From a phage, in sequence record NC_105788.1: a stretch of DNA of 49,689 nt, one strand, 5' to 3'. The translations under genes and the position numbers were made by a program. Of this stretch, positions 1-7,939 are shown piece after piece (the first letter of the stretch is position 1; each line of letters begins with the position of its first letter). The notes below the pieces were generated by a model. The model was not told the DNA's origin and did not search any database. It saw only the letters and a list, made by a program, of their open reading frames with translations.

Positions 1-44
1 TCAATCATCGACAAGCTGAATCACTACAAAAAGGAGATCGCAAA

Positions 45-749
45 ATGAAGTTGATTTGGTCCCTATTCGACGGTTCCGGTCTTGCAGGTCATGAACTGGC
101 TAAGCAAGGTCACAAGGTGATGTGCTTCAACTTTGACGGAGCCGATCACGGAGATTATGCAAAGTACAATGCCCGAGTGGAGCATCCGAACATTGAGTAT
201 GTGAACGTGTTCATTGACGCAGCGTTTGAGCGTGATGCTATCGCTGGCGTGTATGGCAAGCCGGATTTCATTATGGCCTTCCCGCCGTGCACTGACCTAG
301 CTGTTAGTGGTGCCGCTCACTTCGCAAGAAAGCGTGAACGCGATCCGTTATTCCAGGAGAAGGCTGTTGCCACCGCCCGGATTGCTGCGAACATTGGCGA
401 TAGCCTGGGCGGGACTTACATCATTGAGAATCCGGTAAGCGTCCTGTCGTCTGCGTGGAGAAAACCAAATCACTCCTTCAATCCCTGGGAGTATGGCGGC
501 TATCTTCCTGAGAATGACTCACACCCCTGGTTCCCGATGTATATTGCGCCGCGCGATGCTTACCCGAAGAAAACTTGTCTGTGGACCTCTGACGATTTTG
601 TCATGCCTGAAAGAAAACCTGTAAGCCTGCCTGACGGGTACTCTGCACAGCACAGCAAGCTAGGCGGCAAGTCTGCCAAAACTAAACTGATACGCTCTCT
701 GTCGCCCAGGGGATTTTTTAAAGCGATCGCAAATAGCACTTTTTGTTAA
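45..749 (+). CDS. DNA (cytosine-5)-methyltransferase-like protein (short orphan MTase)
   Basis: ATG with AAGGAG RBS 8 nt upstream; N-terminal LFDGSG (motif I, FxGxG), FPPC (motif IV Pro-Cys), IIENP (motif VI ENV-like); last codons ANSTFC-stop are encoded by the conserved box. Confidence 0.55.
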   Translation: MKLIWSLFDGSGLAGHELAKQGHKVMCFNFDGADHGDYAKYNARVEHPNIEYVNVFIDAAFERDAIAGVYGKPDFIMAFPPCTDLAVSGAAHFARKRERDPLFQEKAVATARIAANIGDSLGGTYIIENPVSVLSSAWRKPNHSFNPWEYGGYLPENDSHPWFPMYIAPRDAYPKKTCLWTSDDFVMPERKPVSLPDGYSAQHSKLGGKSAKTKLIRSLSPRGFFKAIANSTFC

Positions 750-752
750 AAC
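733..752 (+). promoter_or_regulatory. conserved box ATAGCACTTTTTGTTAAAAC, followed by hairpin-free spacer, CATAAT and conserved leader TACCTCATCGAAACGAGA
   Basis: one of about 25 copies of the box; overlaps stop codon of upstream gene. Confidence 0.6.
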
Positions 753-810
753 TCGATCGGTGTGATTTGGCATAATTACCTCATCGAAACGAGATTGAGG
801 AAAAACAAAA

Positions 811-996
811 ATGGCACGTCGCATCACTAAAGACCTTAAAGTTCTGAACAAAGAAAACGTAGTTAAGATCCTGGTTATTTGGGGATACAGCGAAGAGTCA
901 GCAAAGCAGAAGGTCGATGCTGGTTATGACCTGGCTATCAAAGCAATGCCTAACGACGACGCTAAAGGTATTGCAAACTACGTATCTTTCTTCTAA
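811..996 (+). CDS. hypothetical small protein (61 aa)
   Basis: ORF track; ATG 811 preceded by GAGG; sits between two box cassettes. Confidence 0.5.
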   Translation: MARRITKDLKVLNKENVVKILVIWGYSEESAKQKVDAGYDLAIKAMPNDDAKGIANYVSFF

Positions 997-1011
997 TTAA
1001 CGGGCCAGAAA

Positions 1012-1197
1012 ATGAAAACAAAATTAGTTCATAAATCAGAGATCAAGATCGGCGATACTGTGATTCACAACGGAGAGCTTAAAACTGTTGGTAAGGAGTC
1101 GATAACCAAAGATGAATTTATGGGTCTATTGTTGTTCGGCGACTCCTATCGACTTGGTTACAAAATGGTTGAGCTTGTTGAGGATGTAAAATTCTAA
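1012..1197 (+). CDS. hypothetical small protein (61 aa)
   Basis: ORF track; stop immediately followed by box. Confidence 0.5.
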   Translation: MKTKLVHKSEIKIGDTVIHNGELKTVGKESITKDEFMGLLLFGDSYRLGYKMVELVEDVKF

Positions 1198-1217
1198 ATA
1201 GCACTTTTTGTTAAAAC
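1198..1217 (+). promoter_or_regulatory. conserved box ATAGCACTTTTTGTTAAAAC (start of a 65-bp cassette nearly identical to the one upstream of the Dam gene)
   Basis: sequence identity to other copies; followed by CATTAT and TACCTCATCGAAACGAGA leader. Confidence 0.6.
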
Positions 1218-1279
1218 TGCCGGAATGGAATCTGGCATTATTACCTCATCGAAACGAGATACACATCAGGAGCAAGAAA

Positions 1280-1615
1280 ATGAAATACGAAAATCGCGGT
1301 AACGAAATCATCAAAATCGAAAACGGCGTTGAGTACATCATGGTTGCTTGCAAGGTTAACGGAATGGACTCATTCGTTTGGGAAGAAATCAAAACTGAAG
1401 ACAAAGCAGCTAAATTCCTGACCTGTGTTAATCAGCCTGATATGGAACGCGATACCTTCACTCGTTACGGTAAATATGAAATCGTTCGCGAGACTTCCTG
1501 CTTCTGGTGGGTCAAGCCTAACAGCCAGTACAAATTCCCGCGCAAAATCAGCAAGCGCACTATGCGCGAATCTGGCTTCAAGAAAGCATACGCCGCCGAG
1601 TTTGACATTGATTAA
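1280..1615 (+). CDS. hypothetical protein (111 aa)
   Basis: internal ATG of ORF 1208..1615 preceded by CAGGAG RBS; upstream part of ORF is the box cassette. Confidence 0.55.
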   Translation: MKYENRGNEIIKIENGVEYIMVACKVNGMDSFVWEEIKTEDKAAKFLTCVNQPDMERDTFTRYGKYEIVRETSCFWWVKPNSQYKFPRKISKRTMRESGFKKAYAAEFDID

Positions 1616-1634
1616 TAGCACGAATTGCTAAACG
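1615..1634 (+). promoter_or_regulatory. conserved box ATAGCACGAATTGCTAAAC followed by hairpin CCCCGA..TCGGGG and TATAGT
   Basis: box copy overlapping stop TAA of upstream gene. Confidence 0.6.
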
Positions 1635-1689
1635 CCCCGAGTGAGATCGGGGTATAGTTAACACATCAACCAATCAGGAGAATCAACAG

Positions 1690-1920
1690 ATGGCAATTAA
1701 ACACCCCGGGCTGAAGAAGGCAATTCAGCGCGCCAATGATGAGGGATTCATTGTCTACAGAACGCATTACGGTCACATGGGTGGCTTGAAAGAGCATCAT
1801 ACAAAGATTGAGCTTGTCGACTTGTGGGAGGATTACGATACATTCCAGTATATCGCCACGTCTGACGTAGAAGCGCAAGTGAAATACATCAACGACACAA
1901 TTGATAGTTTCAGAGGGTAA
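1690..1920 (+). CDS. hypothetical protein (76 aa)
   Basis: ATG preceded by AACCAATCAGGAG conserved RBS block. Confidence 0.55.
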   Translation: MAIKHPGLKKAIQRANDEGFIVYRTHYGHMGGLKEHHTKIELVDLWEDYDTFQYIATSDVEAQVKYINDTIDSFRG

Positions 1921-1924
1921 TTAT

Positions 1925-2296
1925 ATGTTTAAACAATTCGTAGACCTGGACTTCTCAGCCAGCACGGCAATCCAGACTGACGAGAAAGAAAGCGTAGCGA
2001 TCGAGAACATCGCGCGCAAGATTTACAACAAGCAAGAGAAGGCCGTGAGAGCCGCTCTAAGCGCTTATTATGGTGTAAGTGATGCAATGGAGTGCGTTAA
2101 CCGCGTAACGCGCGTGGTGGACCGTTTGGGTGTGTCTAGTTTCGTCGATAAAGACACTGGAGAGGTAATCATCCAGCTAAACAACCCATCTATGCGTACT
2201 GAGTTAGGCAATATTGCACTGTGGGGAGTTGCTAACTATTCAATCACCGTCAACTCATGTGTAGCGGATCGTGTTAAGGAGGCATTGTATGAATGA
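1925..2296 (+). CDS. hypothetical protein (123 aa)
   Basis: ATG at 1925 with AGAGGG RBS; ORF track 1901..2296 begins at a TTG. Confidence 0.5.
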   Translation: MFKQFVDLDFSASTAIQTDEKESVAIENIARKIYNKQEKAVRAALSAYYGVSDAMECVNRVTRVVDRLGVSSFVDKDTGEVIIQLNNPSMRTELGNIALWGVANYSITVNSCVADRVKEALYE

Positions 2297-2489
2297 TAAT
2301 ATTTACCGCGTAGTTGCGATCTCACGCAAAACGCAAAAGAGTGTGATCGCTTACATGGGTAGTAGCGCCATTGAAGCTACGGATGCCTTCGAATTATTGA
2401 AGAACAACGAGGGATTTATGAACACGTTCCGCGTTCGACTTGAGCGCCTCGAACCTGTTATCATTGATGAAGCGCGAAAGTTATCCTGA
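2289..2489 (+). CDS. hypothetical protein (66 aa)
   Basis: ATG at 2289 with AAGGAGG RBS; 8-nt overlap with upstream gene. Confidence 0.5.
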   Translation: MNDNIYRVVAISRKTQKSVIAYMGSSAIEATDAFELLKNNEGFMNTFRVRLERLEPVIIDEARKLS

Positions 2490-2505
2490 CTGGTTAGGGG
2501 GAATA

Positions 2506-2979
2506 ATGAACCATACTTACAAAATCACAACGAAGTCACCGAAGATTAACGGAAGCACGGTTGCGGCACTAAATAACGCGGCGGCAATTCACGAGAAAAA
2601 CATCATGGAGCGCGTTAAGGCGGCGGTAGGCCGATTCTACGGAATCAACGCAGACATTGCCGACAGCAAACGACTGTTCAAGTATGTGCCAGGCCATCCA
2701 TATAGCCGGATGATTGATATTAAGCACGACAAAGAGCTTGTTAGAATCGGATCGCTTGGCGTTGACGAGTTCGACCACAGCATTAACCTAGTTACGGCAT
2801 ATCAAACGTTGTTAGAATCGGATCGCTTGGCGTTGACGAAAAGCATGATTTGGATTCACACCTTCTACACCGGAAAATTTAACAGCGTTATTCATAAGAG
2901 AGTTTACGAAAGCTACTCTGAAGCTAATAAACAGCATGAAGTTTTAGGTGGAACGCTTAAAGCATATATTCCGGCATAA
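2506..2979 (+). CDS. hypothetical protein (157 aa)
   Basis: ATG 2506 after AGGGGG RBS; contains a 31-bp perfect direct repeat. Confidence 0.5.
   Translation: MNHTYKITTKSPKINGSTVAALNNAAAIHEKNIMERVKAAVGRFYGINADIADSKRLFKYVPGHPYSRMIDIKHDKELVRIGSLGVDEFDHSINLVTAYQTLLESDRLALTKSMIWIHTFYTGKFNSVIHKRVYESYSEANKQHEVLGGTLKAYIPA
2738..2839 (+). repeat. 31-bp perfect direct repeat (TTGTTAGAATCGGATCGCTTGGCGTTGACGA) at about 2738-2768 and 2809-2839
   Basis: read directly; copies 71 bp apart so they are translated in different frames. Confidence 0.7.
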
Positions 2980-2999
2980 ATAGCACGAATTGCTAAAGA
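2980..2999 (+). promoter_or_regulatory. conserved box ATAGCACGAATTGCTAAAGA
   Basis: box copy directly after stop of 2506..2979. Confidence 0.6.
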
Positions 3000-3057
3000 C
3001 ATGCTATCGGGGGTGATATATATTACTCCCACACCAAACGAAACAAAGGAATCAAAA

Positions 3058-3282
3058 ATGAGCATTAAAGTTGAGAATATCATCAAGCACCTGAACGCGA
3101 AAGGTCGTGTAGTTATCAAAATGGATAAGTCTTCCGGTTTTATTTCAATGACGGTAACTAAGTCCCGTAACGGTAATAACGTTATCGGCAGTACGCCAGG
3201 CTCGCGCTTAGTAAATGCAACAGATGCGGATGTGCGCGCTACGCTTGAGTCTAACTCAATTTACATTAATTCATGGAGTTGA
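3058..3282 (+). CDS. hypothetical protein (74 aa)
   Basis: ATG 3058 after AAAGGA RBS (internal start of ORF 3001..3282). Confidence 0.5.
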   Translation: MSIKVENIIKHLNAKGRVVIKMDKSSGFISMTVTKSRNGNNVIGSTPGSRLVNATDADVRATLESNSIYINSWS

Positions 3283-3495
3283 TTGATGGAGCGGGATAAT
3301 TTCTAGACTCGTTATTTTGCCGCTCTTGATGCTGGGCTTAGCGCGGAATGGTGTATCAAGGTTGCGTATAAAGAAATTACGCTTGACGACGCGCTAGGGA
3401 ATATGGATATGGACGCGGAGAGTGAATATAATCCCGGCTTCGAGATGCCTGGTGATGATATTGATGAGGACGACGACGATTATATTCCCTGGTAA

Positions 3496-3515
3496 ATAGC
3501 ACGATTTGTTAATAT
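3496..3515 (+). promoter_or_regulatory. conserved box variant ATAGCACGATTTGTTAATAT
   Basis: box copy after an unannotated acidic open frame. Confidence 0.5.
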
Positions 3516-3575
3516 TGCCGTAAGGTCATTTGATAAAGTGGCCTTATTCAAGATAACCAATCAGGAGCGAACGCA

Positions 3576-3992
3576 ATGAAAACCATTAAACTTAAATGCA
3601 CTTCAGCAGACAAAATCACAGGATTCGAAGTAAACAATCTGTATAAAGGTCGTGAGCGCTATGATGGCACTCGCGAAGTAAAGTTAAAATGCGGTAAGTA
3701 TTTAAAACTTGAAAAGCATGATGAATTACAGATTCACGGATCTGATGAAATCTTCTTCGCGAAGTTCACCGAGTTGAAAACAAAGACGCTCAAGTGCACC
3801 GGACTTGACCATCGCAACCCGATGAAAAAATCATTCAAAGTTGGCAAGCGTTATCAGGTAGAAAGCGGTCGCGCTCTTGGTGGCGTAGCTGGTTACATCT
3901 TTGATGAAGATGGATATCGCTGGACCCTGTTTCGCGAAGAGGTTGGTTTTAGTATCGCAGACGGCACAACCTTTGAGGCCAAATACTTATAA
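3576..3992 (+). CDS. hypothetical protein (138 aa)
   Basis: ATG preceded by AACCAATCAGGAG block. Confidence 0.55.
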   Translation: MKTIKLKCTSADKITGFEVNNLYKGRERYDGTREVKLKCGKYLKLEKHDELQIHGSDEIFFAKFTELKTKTLKCTGLDHRNPMKKSFKVGKRYQVESGRALGGVAGYIFDEDGYRWTLFREEVGFSIADGTTFEAKYL

Positions 3993-3995
3993 CCA

Positions 3996-4015
3996 ATAGC
4001 ACTTTTTGCTAAACG
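3996..4015 (+). promoter_or_regulatory. conserved box ATAGCACTTTTTGCTAAACG
   Basis: box copy after stop of 3576..3992. Confidence 0.6.
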
Positions 4016-4068
4016 CGTGTACCATTGGCGGTGTATCATTCACACCGTCAACAAAGGAGTTTATTGTG

Positions 4069-5637
4069 ATGTTTAATATTAAGCCAAAACTGAATTACCA
4101 ACAGATTATTGAGATCGCAAATAGCACTGGAGTTAATCCGGTGGCGATCGCAATTCGTGAAAACAGCTATGGGGATTCAGTTTCGTTTTGGCAAGATCCG
4201 ATCGATATCAACAGTGGAAACGATAAGTTCCCGCTGATTTCGTTAGGTGGCGATAACCTGGTATTCGAATATGCAAAGGCAAAGGCTGAGTCTGTACAGT
4301 TTCCTGTTTCGTCTGCGTACGCTCATTTCATTGGGTGCATCTCAGCCGCGATGCTAGGGAAGTTTTGGGTGCAATATCACGGAGAAGAGCAACCGACCGC
4401 TCTTTATATGGTGATTAGTCAGCCACCTTCAACAGGTAAATCAGCTATTAACTCAGCGGCGATTACACCTATGCGTGCGGAGATTCAGCGGCTGAATGAA
4501 GAGCGAAAAAAGGAGCGCATCCGTTTAACCAGTCAGCTACGTCAGGTCGAGAAGGAAATCAAAAACGATCCAAAGGGTAATACGACGGCGGCGCTGTACG
4601 AAGACAAGGAAAAACTGGAAGAAAAGATCAAGAAGATGGCTGATATTGTTTTTGCGGTATCAGATCCTACACCTGAAGGTCTTGCGAAAGTTGCGGCTGT
4701 TCAAGGTCATTTCTCAGTAATCTCTGATGAGGCAACGGCAATAAATACATTGCTTGGCCTGACTTATGGCGGCTCTGATAAGAAATCAAACAGCGAGCTT
4801 ATACTCAAGGCGTGGGATAAAAACCATATGGAGGTTGCGCGTTCAAATCAGGACAACAACTTATCTCTTTGCCCGGTCGGTTCGATCTGCGTCATTGCGC
4901 AGGATGAAACAATCAAGGGTATCATGGACGCAGGCCAGCGCGGCATCGGTGTATCTGAGCGTTTCCTCCTGGTTCGCGAGGAACCGCTTTTAGGTACTCG
5001 TATTCTTTGCGATGAAAATGGTGATGCGCTGTATAAGGAAGTCGATCGAGGGTTGGTGAGTAAATATTATCGACTCGTGCACAACATTATGAAGGAGGAC
5101 AACATTGTTCTCTCTGTAAGCCGCAATGCTATGCGTGAATTAAACCTTGCGCGTCAGGCGATGGAGCCGGATTTCGCAGCCGGGGGAAAATACTCTCACT
5201 CAATGCTACGCGGTCATCTCGGCAAGTTCGATAAGCATGCCTTGCGTATTGCTTCAGTTCTCCACACGATCAAGAATTGGGAGGGTGAATCACCGAACCG
5301 TTCCAACCGTGAGATTGACCTTGAAACAATGCAGGAAGCAATCATGATTTTCAATGAGCTTTCCAGGACTTATCTGTCGTCTGCCAGCGCTGCCGGGTAT
5401 GCTGGTGATGAGGCTGAATCTCGTAAGCTGATTGATGTTATCACTGAGATCGCAAAGAAGAACAAAGGGCGCGCTCCGATTCATAGCATTGTTGCAAAGT
5501 GCCGGAATGTTACGCCGTTCAACGGTCAACAGAAAGTATCTGAGCGAATCGACAGCCTGCTGATCACGCTCGAAGAGATGAACTACACTTGCCGGATTGA
5601 TGATATTGTTTTCATCAACCCTCGACTGATGGGTTAA
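4069..5637 (+). CDS. large early protein of unknown function (about 522 aa) with P-loop-like PPSTGKS motif
   Basis: ATG 4069 (GTG 4066 possible) after AAAGGAG; long uninterrupted ORF; motif resembles DUF3987-type NTPase signatures but not verified. Confidence 0.55.
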   Translation: MFNIKPKLNYQQIIEIANSTGVNPVAIAIRENSYGDSVSFWQDPIDINSGNDKFPLISLGGDNLVFEYAKAKAESVQFPVSSAYAHFIGCISAAMLGKFWVQYHGEEQPTALYMVISQPPSTGKSAINSAAITPMRAEIQRLNEERKKERIRLTSQLRQVEKEIKNDPKGNTTAALYEDKEKLEEKIKKMADIVFAVSDPTPEGLAKVAAVQGHFSVISDEATAINTLLGLTYGGSDKKSNSELILKAWDKNHMEVARSNQDNNLSLCPVGSICVIAQDETIKGIMDAGQRGIGVSERFLLVREEPLLGTRILCDENGDALYKEVDRGLVSKYYRLVHNIMKEDNIVLSVSRNAMRELNLARQAMEPDFAAGGKYSHSMLRGHLGKFDKHALRIASVLHTIKNWEGESPNRSNREIDLETMQEAIMIFNELSRTYLSSASAAGYAGDEAESRKLIDVITEIAKKNKGRAPIHSIVAKCRNVTPFNGQQKVSERIDSLLITLEEMNYTCRIDDIVFINPRLMG

Positions 5638-5641
5638 TAAT

Positions 5642-6049
5642 ATGCTTCTTCTTTTAGATCTGTTCAGGTTCTGCGAAGGTTACGACAAATACACCCGACA
5701 GCACATAGCGAAATTTATATACGCCCACAATGAAAGTGAGCGATTTGCTAAGGCCGCCGGGATGACTCGCCGTGAATTTACAAGCGCGCTATCTAAGGAG
5801 TTTTGCGCACGTTGCGTGACTGAGGGTTATCTTGATTGCAGGGGTGGGTTTTACTGGTGCAAGGGAAAGATCAAGCGCCCGGTAATGATGAAGCTGATGT
5901 GTATTGATGGCTACAACAATCGATATACGTGGGAAATGATGCACATTGGAGAAATGAGTGATGAAGAATTGTTTGGCGAACGTAGAAACGTTGATAGATC
6001 GGAACGTCGAATTGTGCGCAAGGCTCCAGCTTACGAAAGAAGAATTTGA
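5642..6049 (+). CDS. hypothetical protein (135 aa)
   Basis: ORF track; overlaps next call by about 90 nt in another frame, so the true 3' end is uncertain. Confidence 0.4.
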   Translation: MLLLLDLFRFCEGYDKYTRQHIAKFIYAHNESERFAKAAGMTRREFTSALSKEFCARCVTEGYLDCRGGFYWCKGKIKRPVMMKLMCIDGYNNRYTWEMMHIGEMSDEELFGERRNVDRSERRIVRKAPAYERRI

Positions 6050-6161
6050 GCAAGGATTACTTAGCCTACTGCTCACTTCGATGAGGGCCAATAACGACGG
6101 TGAGCACAATCTTTGCGATCAGGATGGGGAGTTGCTACTTCACGTCAAAAGGTACAAATAG
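5961..6161 (+). CDS. hypothetical protein (66 aa)
   Basis: ATG after GGAG RBS; stop TAG lies inside a box copy, as for many other genes. Confidence 0.45.
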   Translation: MKNCLANVETLIDRNVELCARLQLTKEEFEQGLLSLLLTSMRANNDGEHNLCDQDGELLLHVKRYK

Positions 6162-6177
6162 CACTTTTTGTTAAAAC
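6158..6177 (+). promoter_or_regulatory. conserved box ATAGCACTTTTTGTTAAAAC followed by hairpin CCCGAT..ATCGGG, TATATT and TTCATCGAAACGAAACG leader
   Basis: box copy. Confidence 0.6.
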
Positions 6178-6238
6178 ACCCGATCTCGCATCGGGTATAT
6201 TTGTTTCATCGAAACGAAACGACCTGAAGGAAAACATC

Positions 6239-6454
6239 ATGGCTAACAAATTTTTAGTAGTTCGCGTTTACAATCACTCAAACGGTACTAGTAGTGAGAT
6301 TCCTACTCTTTACAGCAAGACTGATGGGTGGACTGAAGAAGCGGCGGTGGCGAACGAGAAGAAGGTCGCTGAGATGTACGGCGACACCTGTGAAATTGAA
6401 GTTCGCGAATACGCAAAACTCACGAACGAAAGTTACATGTGGGCTGATGCATAA
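6239..6454 (+). CDS. hypothetical protein (71 aa)
   Basis: ATG 6239 after GAAGGA RBS (internal start of ORF 6113..6454). Confidence 0.5.
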   Translation: MANKFLVVRVYNHSNGTSSEIPTLYSKTDGWTEEAAVANEKKVAEMYGDTCEIEVREYAKLTNESYMWADA

Positions 6455-6458
6455 AAGA

Positions 6459-6487
6459 AAAGGAGGCTTACGCCTCCTTTTTTTCGT
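6459..6487. terminator. bidirectional intrinsic terminator (AGGAGGC-TTAC-GCCTCCT flanked by A-run and T-run)
   Basis: GC stem plus T8 on + strand and A-run upstream; lies between convergent + and - transcription units. Confidence 0.7.
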
Positions 6488-6872
6488 CCTTACGAATTGA
6501 AAAATAAACCAGCAACAGGCCAATGAAAACGAGAGTCCATCCTACAATTGCATCGTACCAGTTTTCCGGTTTTGTTACTGTGATGCTTTCAGCGTTAACC
6601 GTGTTAGCCTGAATGGTTGACACTTCAATTGACTTCTTCAAGGAAGAGTCAATCTTTCCTACATTGGACTTCTCAACTTTAACATCTCGCTTATCTTCGG
6701 ATTTTGCGGTTACTCCTGCTAATTGCTTTGTGTTCTCCTCTCCGATTTGTGCTGTAACTTCCGGTTTAGATCCGATTAAACCGCTCATGGCAGATGCCGT
6801 CGAGCAACCGGATAGAGAAATAACACCAACAGCAACAGCAATCGCAATGCACGTTTTCTTCATTCTCATCAT
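6468..6872 (-). CDS. unimolecular spanin (u-spanin, T1 gp11-like)
   Basis: N-terminal lipoprotein signal with lipobox LSGC plus C-terminal transmembrane helix ([20 protein letters not shown]); directly downstream of endolysin with ATGA start/stop overlap. Confidence 0.75.
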   Translation of the reverse strand: MMRMKKTCIAIAVAVGVISLSGCSTASAMSGLIGSKPEVTAQIGEENTKQLAGVTAKSEDKRDVKVEKSNVGKIDSSLKKSIEVSTIQANTVNAESITVTKPENWYDAIVGWTLVFIGLLLVYFSIRKDEKKEA

Positions 6873-7357
6873 AGTTCCTTAACGCAATACGCGTATTCTT
6901 CAGCGCGTCGGTTCTTGAGTCCTCTAGACACTTCGCGCTTTTTGGTTTTTGGGTTGTAGTAGTATACCCATCGCCATAACTGATTGCACGCTTCCTTGTG
7001 CTTACTCTGATTTATTAGCTTAAGCATTGTAGACGATCCGAACGCGCCAGTCCCAACGTTGAAAGTGAAGCTATACAGTGATGCGCGCATAGTTACCGGG
7101 ATATCAACCTTCACCTTTTTGTCGACGTATCGCTGAGCGACGCCGATATGTTTTATCAACAAGGCATCGCATTCTCGCTTAGTGTATTTCTTACCAGGTA
7201 TGACGTCAGGCCCGGTTATTCCGCTGCATACGGTAGGGACTCCGGCGATATCGTAATAAACCTCGTATTCTATACCTTCGATCCGTTCCAGTAGGGTAGG
7301 TGTCAACGTCAAAGCGGCCCCGATTGATGCGCCTATAACGTTATTTTTTAAACTCAT
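6869..7357 (-). CDS. SAR endolysin (lysozyme, phage 21 R-like)
   Basis: Gly/Ala-rich weakly hydrophobic N-terminal SAR-like segment followed by E..D..T lysozyme-type catalytic region; strong GGGGGAG RBS; position between holin and spanin. Confidence 0.7.
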   Translation of the reverse strand: MSLKNNVIGASIGAALTLTPTLLERIEGIEYEVYYDIAGVPTVCSGITGPDVIPGKKYTKRECDALLIKHIGVAQRYVDKKVKVDIPVTMRASLYSFTFNVGTGAFGSSTMLKLINQSKHKEACNQLWRWVYYYNPKTKKREVSRGLKNRRAEEYAYCVKEL

Positions 7358-7572
7358 TATCTCCCCCTGATCTTAAGCGCCTTATTTAGATCGCCATCGT
7401 TTAACGCCTCCTGAATTGCCTTACTATCACGATACTTCCAGTACGCTCCCCAGGCGCCAAAAAGCAGAAAGCAAATGAATGTAGCGCCAGCAATATAAAG
7501 TTGCCCTGTCGCCGCCCCTACCAACGAAGCGCCGCCTGTGCTGGACGTCGCAGCGGTTAAAAATTCTTTCAT
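7357..7572 (-). CDS. holin (pinholin-like, about 71 aa)
   Basis: small membrane protein immediately upstream of SAR endolysin; start chosen at internal ATG with GGTGAG RBS; upstream TTG start of ORF track not supported. Confidence 0.6.
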   Translation of the reverse strand: MKEFLTAATSSTGGASLVGAATGQLYIAGATFICFLLFGAWGAYWKYRDSKAIQEALNDGDLNKALKIRGR

Positions 7573-7690
7573 AATCTCACCATATATTTTTTGAACAAGT
7601 GAGTCGATTTTAACCTTCAAATTTACTTGATACAACGCAAAAAGGCCAGCATGTAAACCATGCCAGCCTGTAAGGTGATGAATGATATTG

Positions 7691-7867
7691 TTAATCTATC
7701 GCAATAAATTCCAGATAGCTGCCGTTCAGAGGAGCCTGGATTGCTGAACCTCGCCCGTCGTAAATCTCAAATAATCCCCCACCGAAATCATAACCAACAC
7801 TATAGATCTGATTTACGCGGAATGGAAGTGTTTTGGAGTCATTTCGGATGCACTTAACTCGTTTCAT
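7691..7867 (-). CDS. hypothetical small protein (58 aa, below ORF-track cutoff)
   Basis: manual translation MKRVKCIRNDSKTLPFRVNQIY...; AAGAGGA RBS 6 nt upstream; coordinates approximate. Confidence 0.4.
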   Translation of the reverse strand: MKRVKCIRNDSKTLPFRVNQIYSVGYDFGGGLFEIYDGRGSAIQAPLNGSYLEFIAID

Positions 7868-7921
7868 GATATATCCTCTTTGTTTTCGTTGTGGTTACTA
7901 TACCCGAATCCCTTCGGGCGT

Positions 7922-7939
7922 CTTTATCAATTAGTGCGA
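7922..7939 (-). promoter_or_regulatory. degenerate box copy (GCACTAATTGATAAAG) followed by hairpin CCCGAA..TTCGGG and TATAGT
   Basis: resembles box cassettes; overlaps stop codon of 7931..9082. Confidence 0.4.

Noticed and set aside
733-3010. Reading the box as a sigma54 (-24/-12) promoter
   Set aside because: TAGCACG-N-TTGCT resembles TGGCACG-N4-TTGC, but the critical GG is AG, the spacing is 2 nt short, and the T-variant copies lack the GC element entirely.
7645-7672. Hairpin GGCCAGCATG..CATGCCAGCC between the 58-aa gene and the holin as a strong terminator
   Set aside because: The stem has a 2-nt internal mismatch and only a short T-run; kept as a possible attenuator but too weak to call as a feature.
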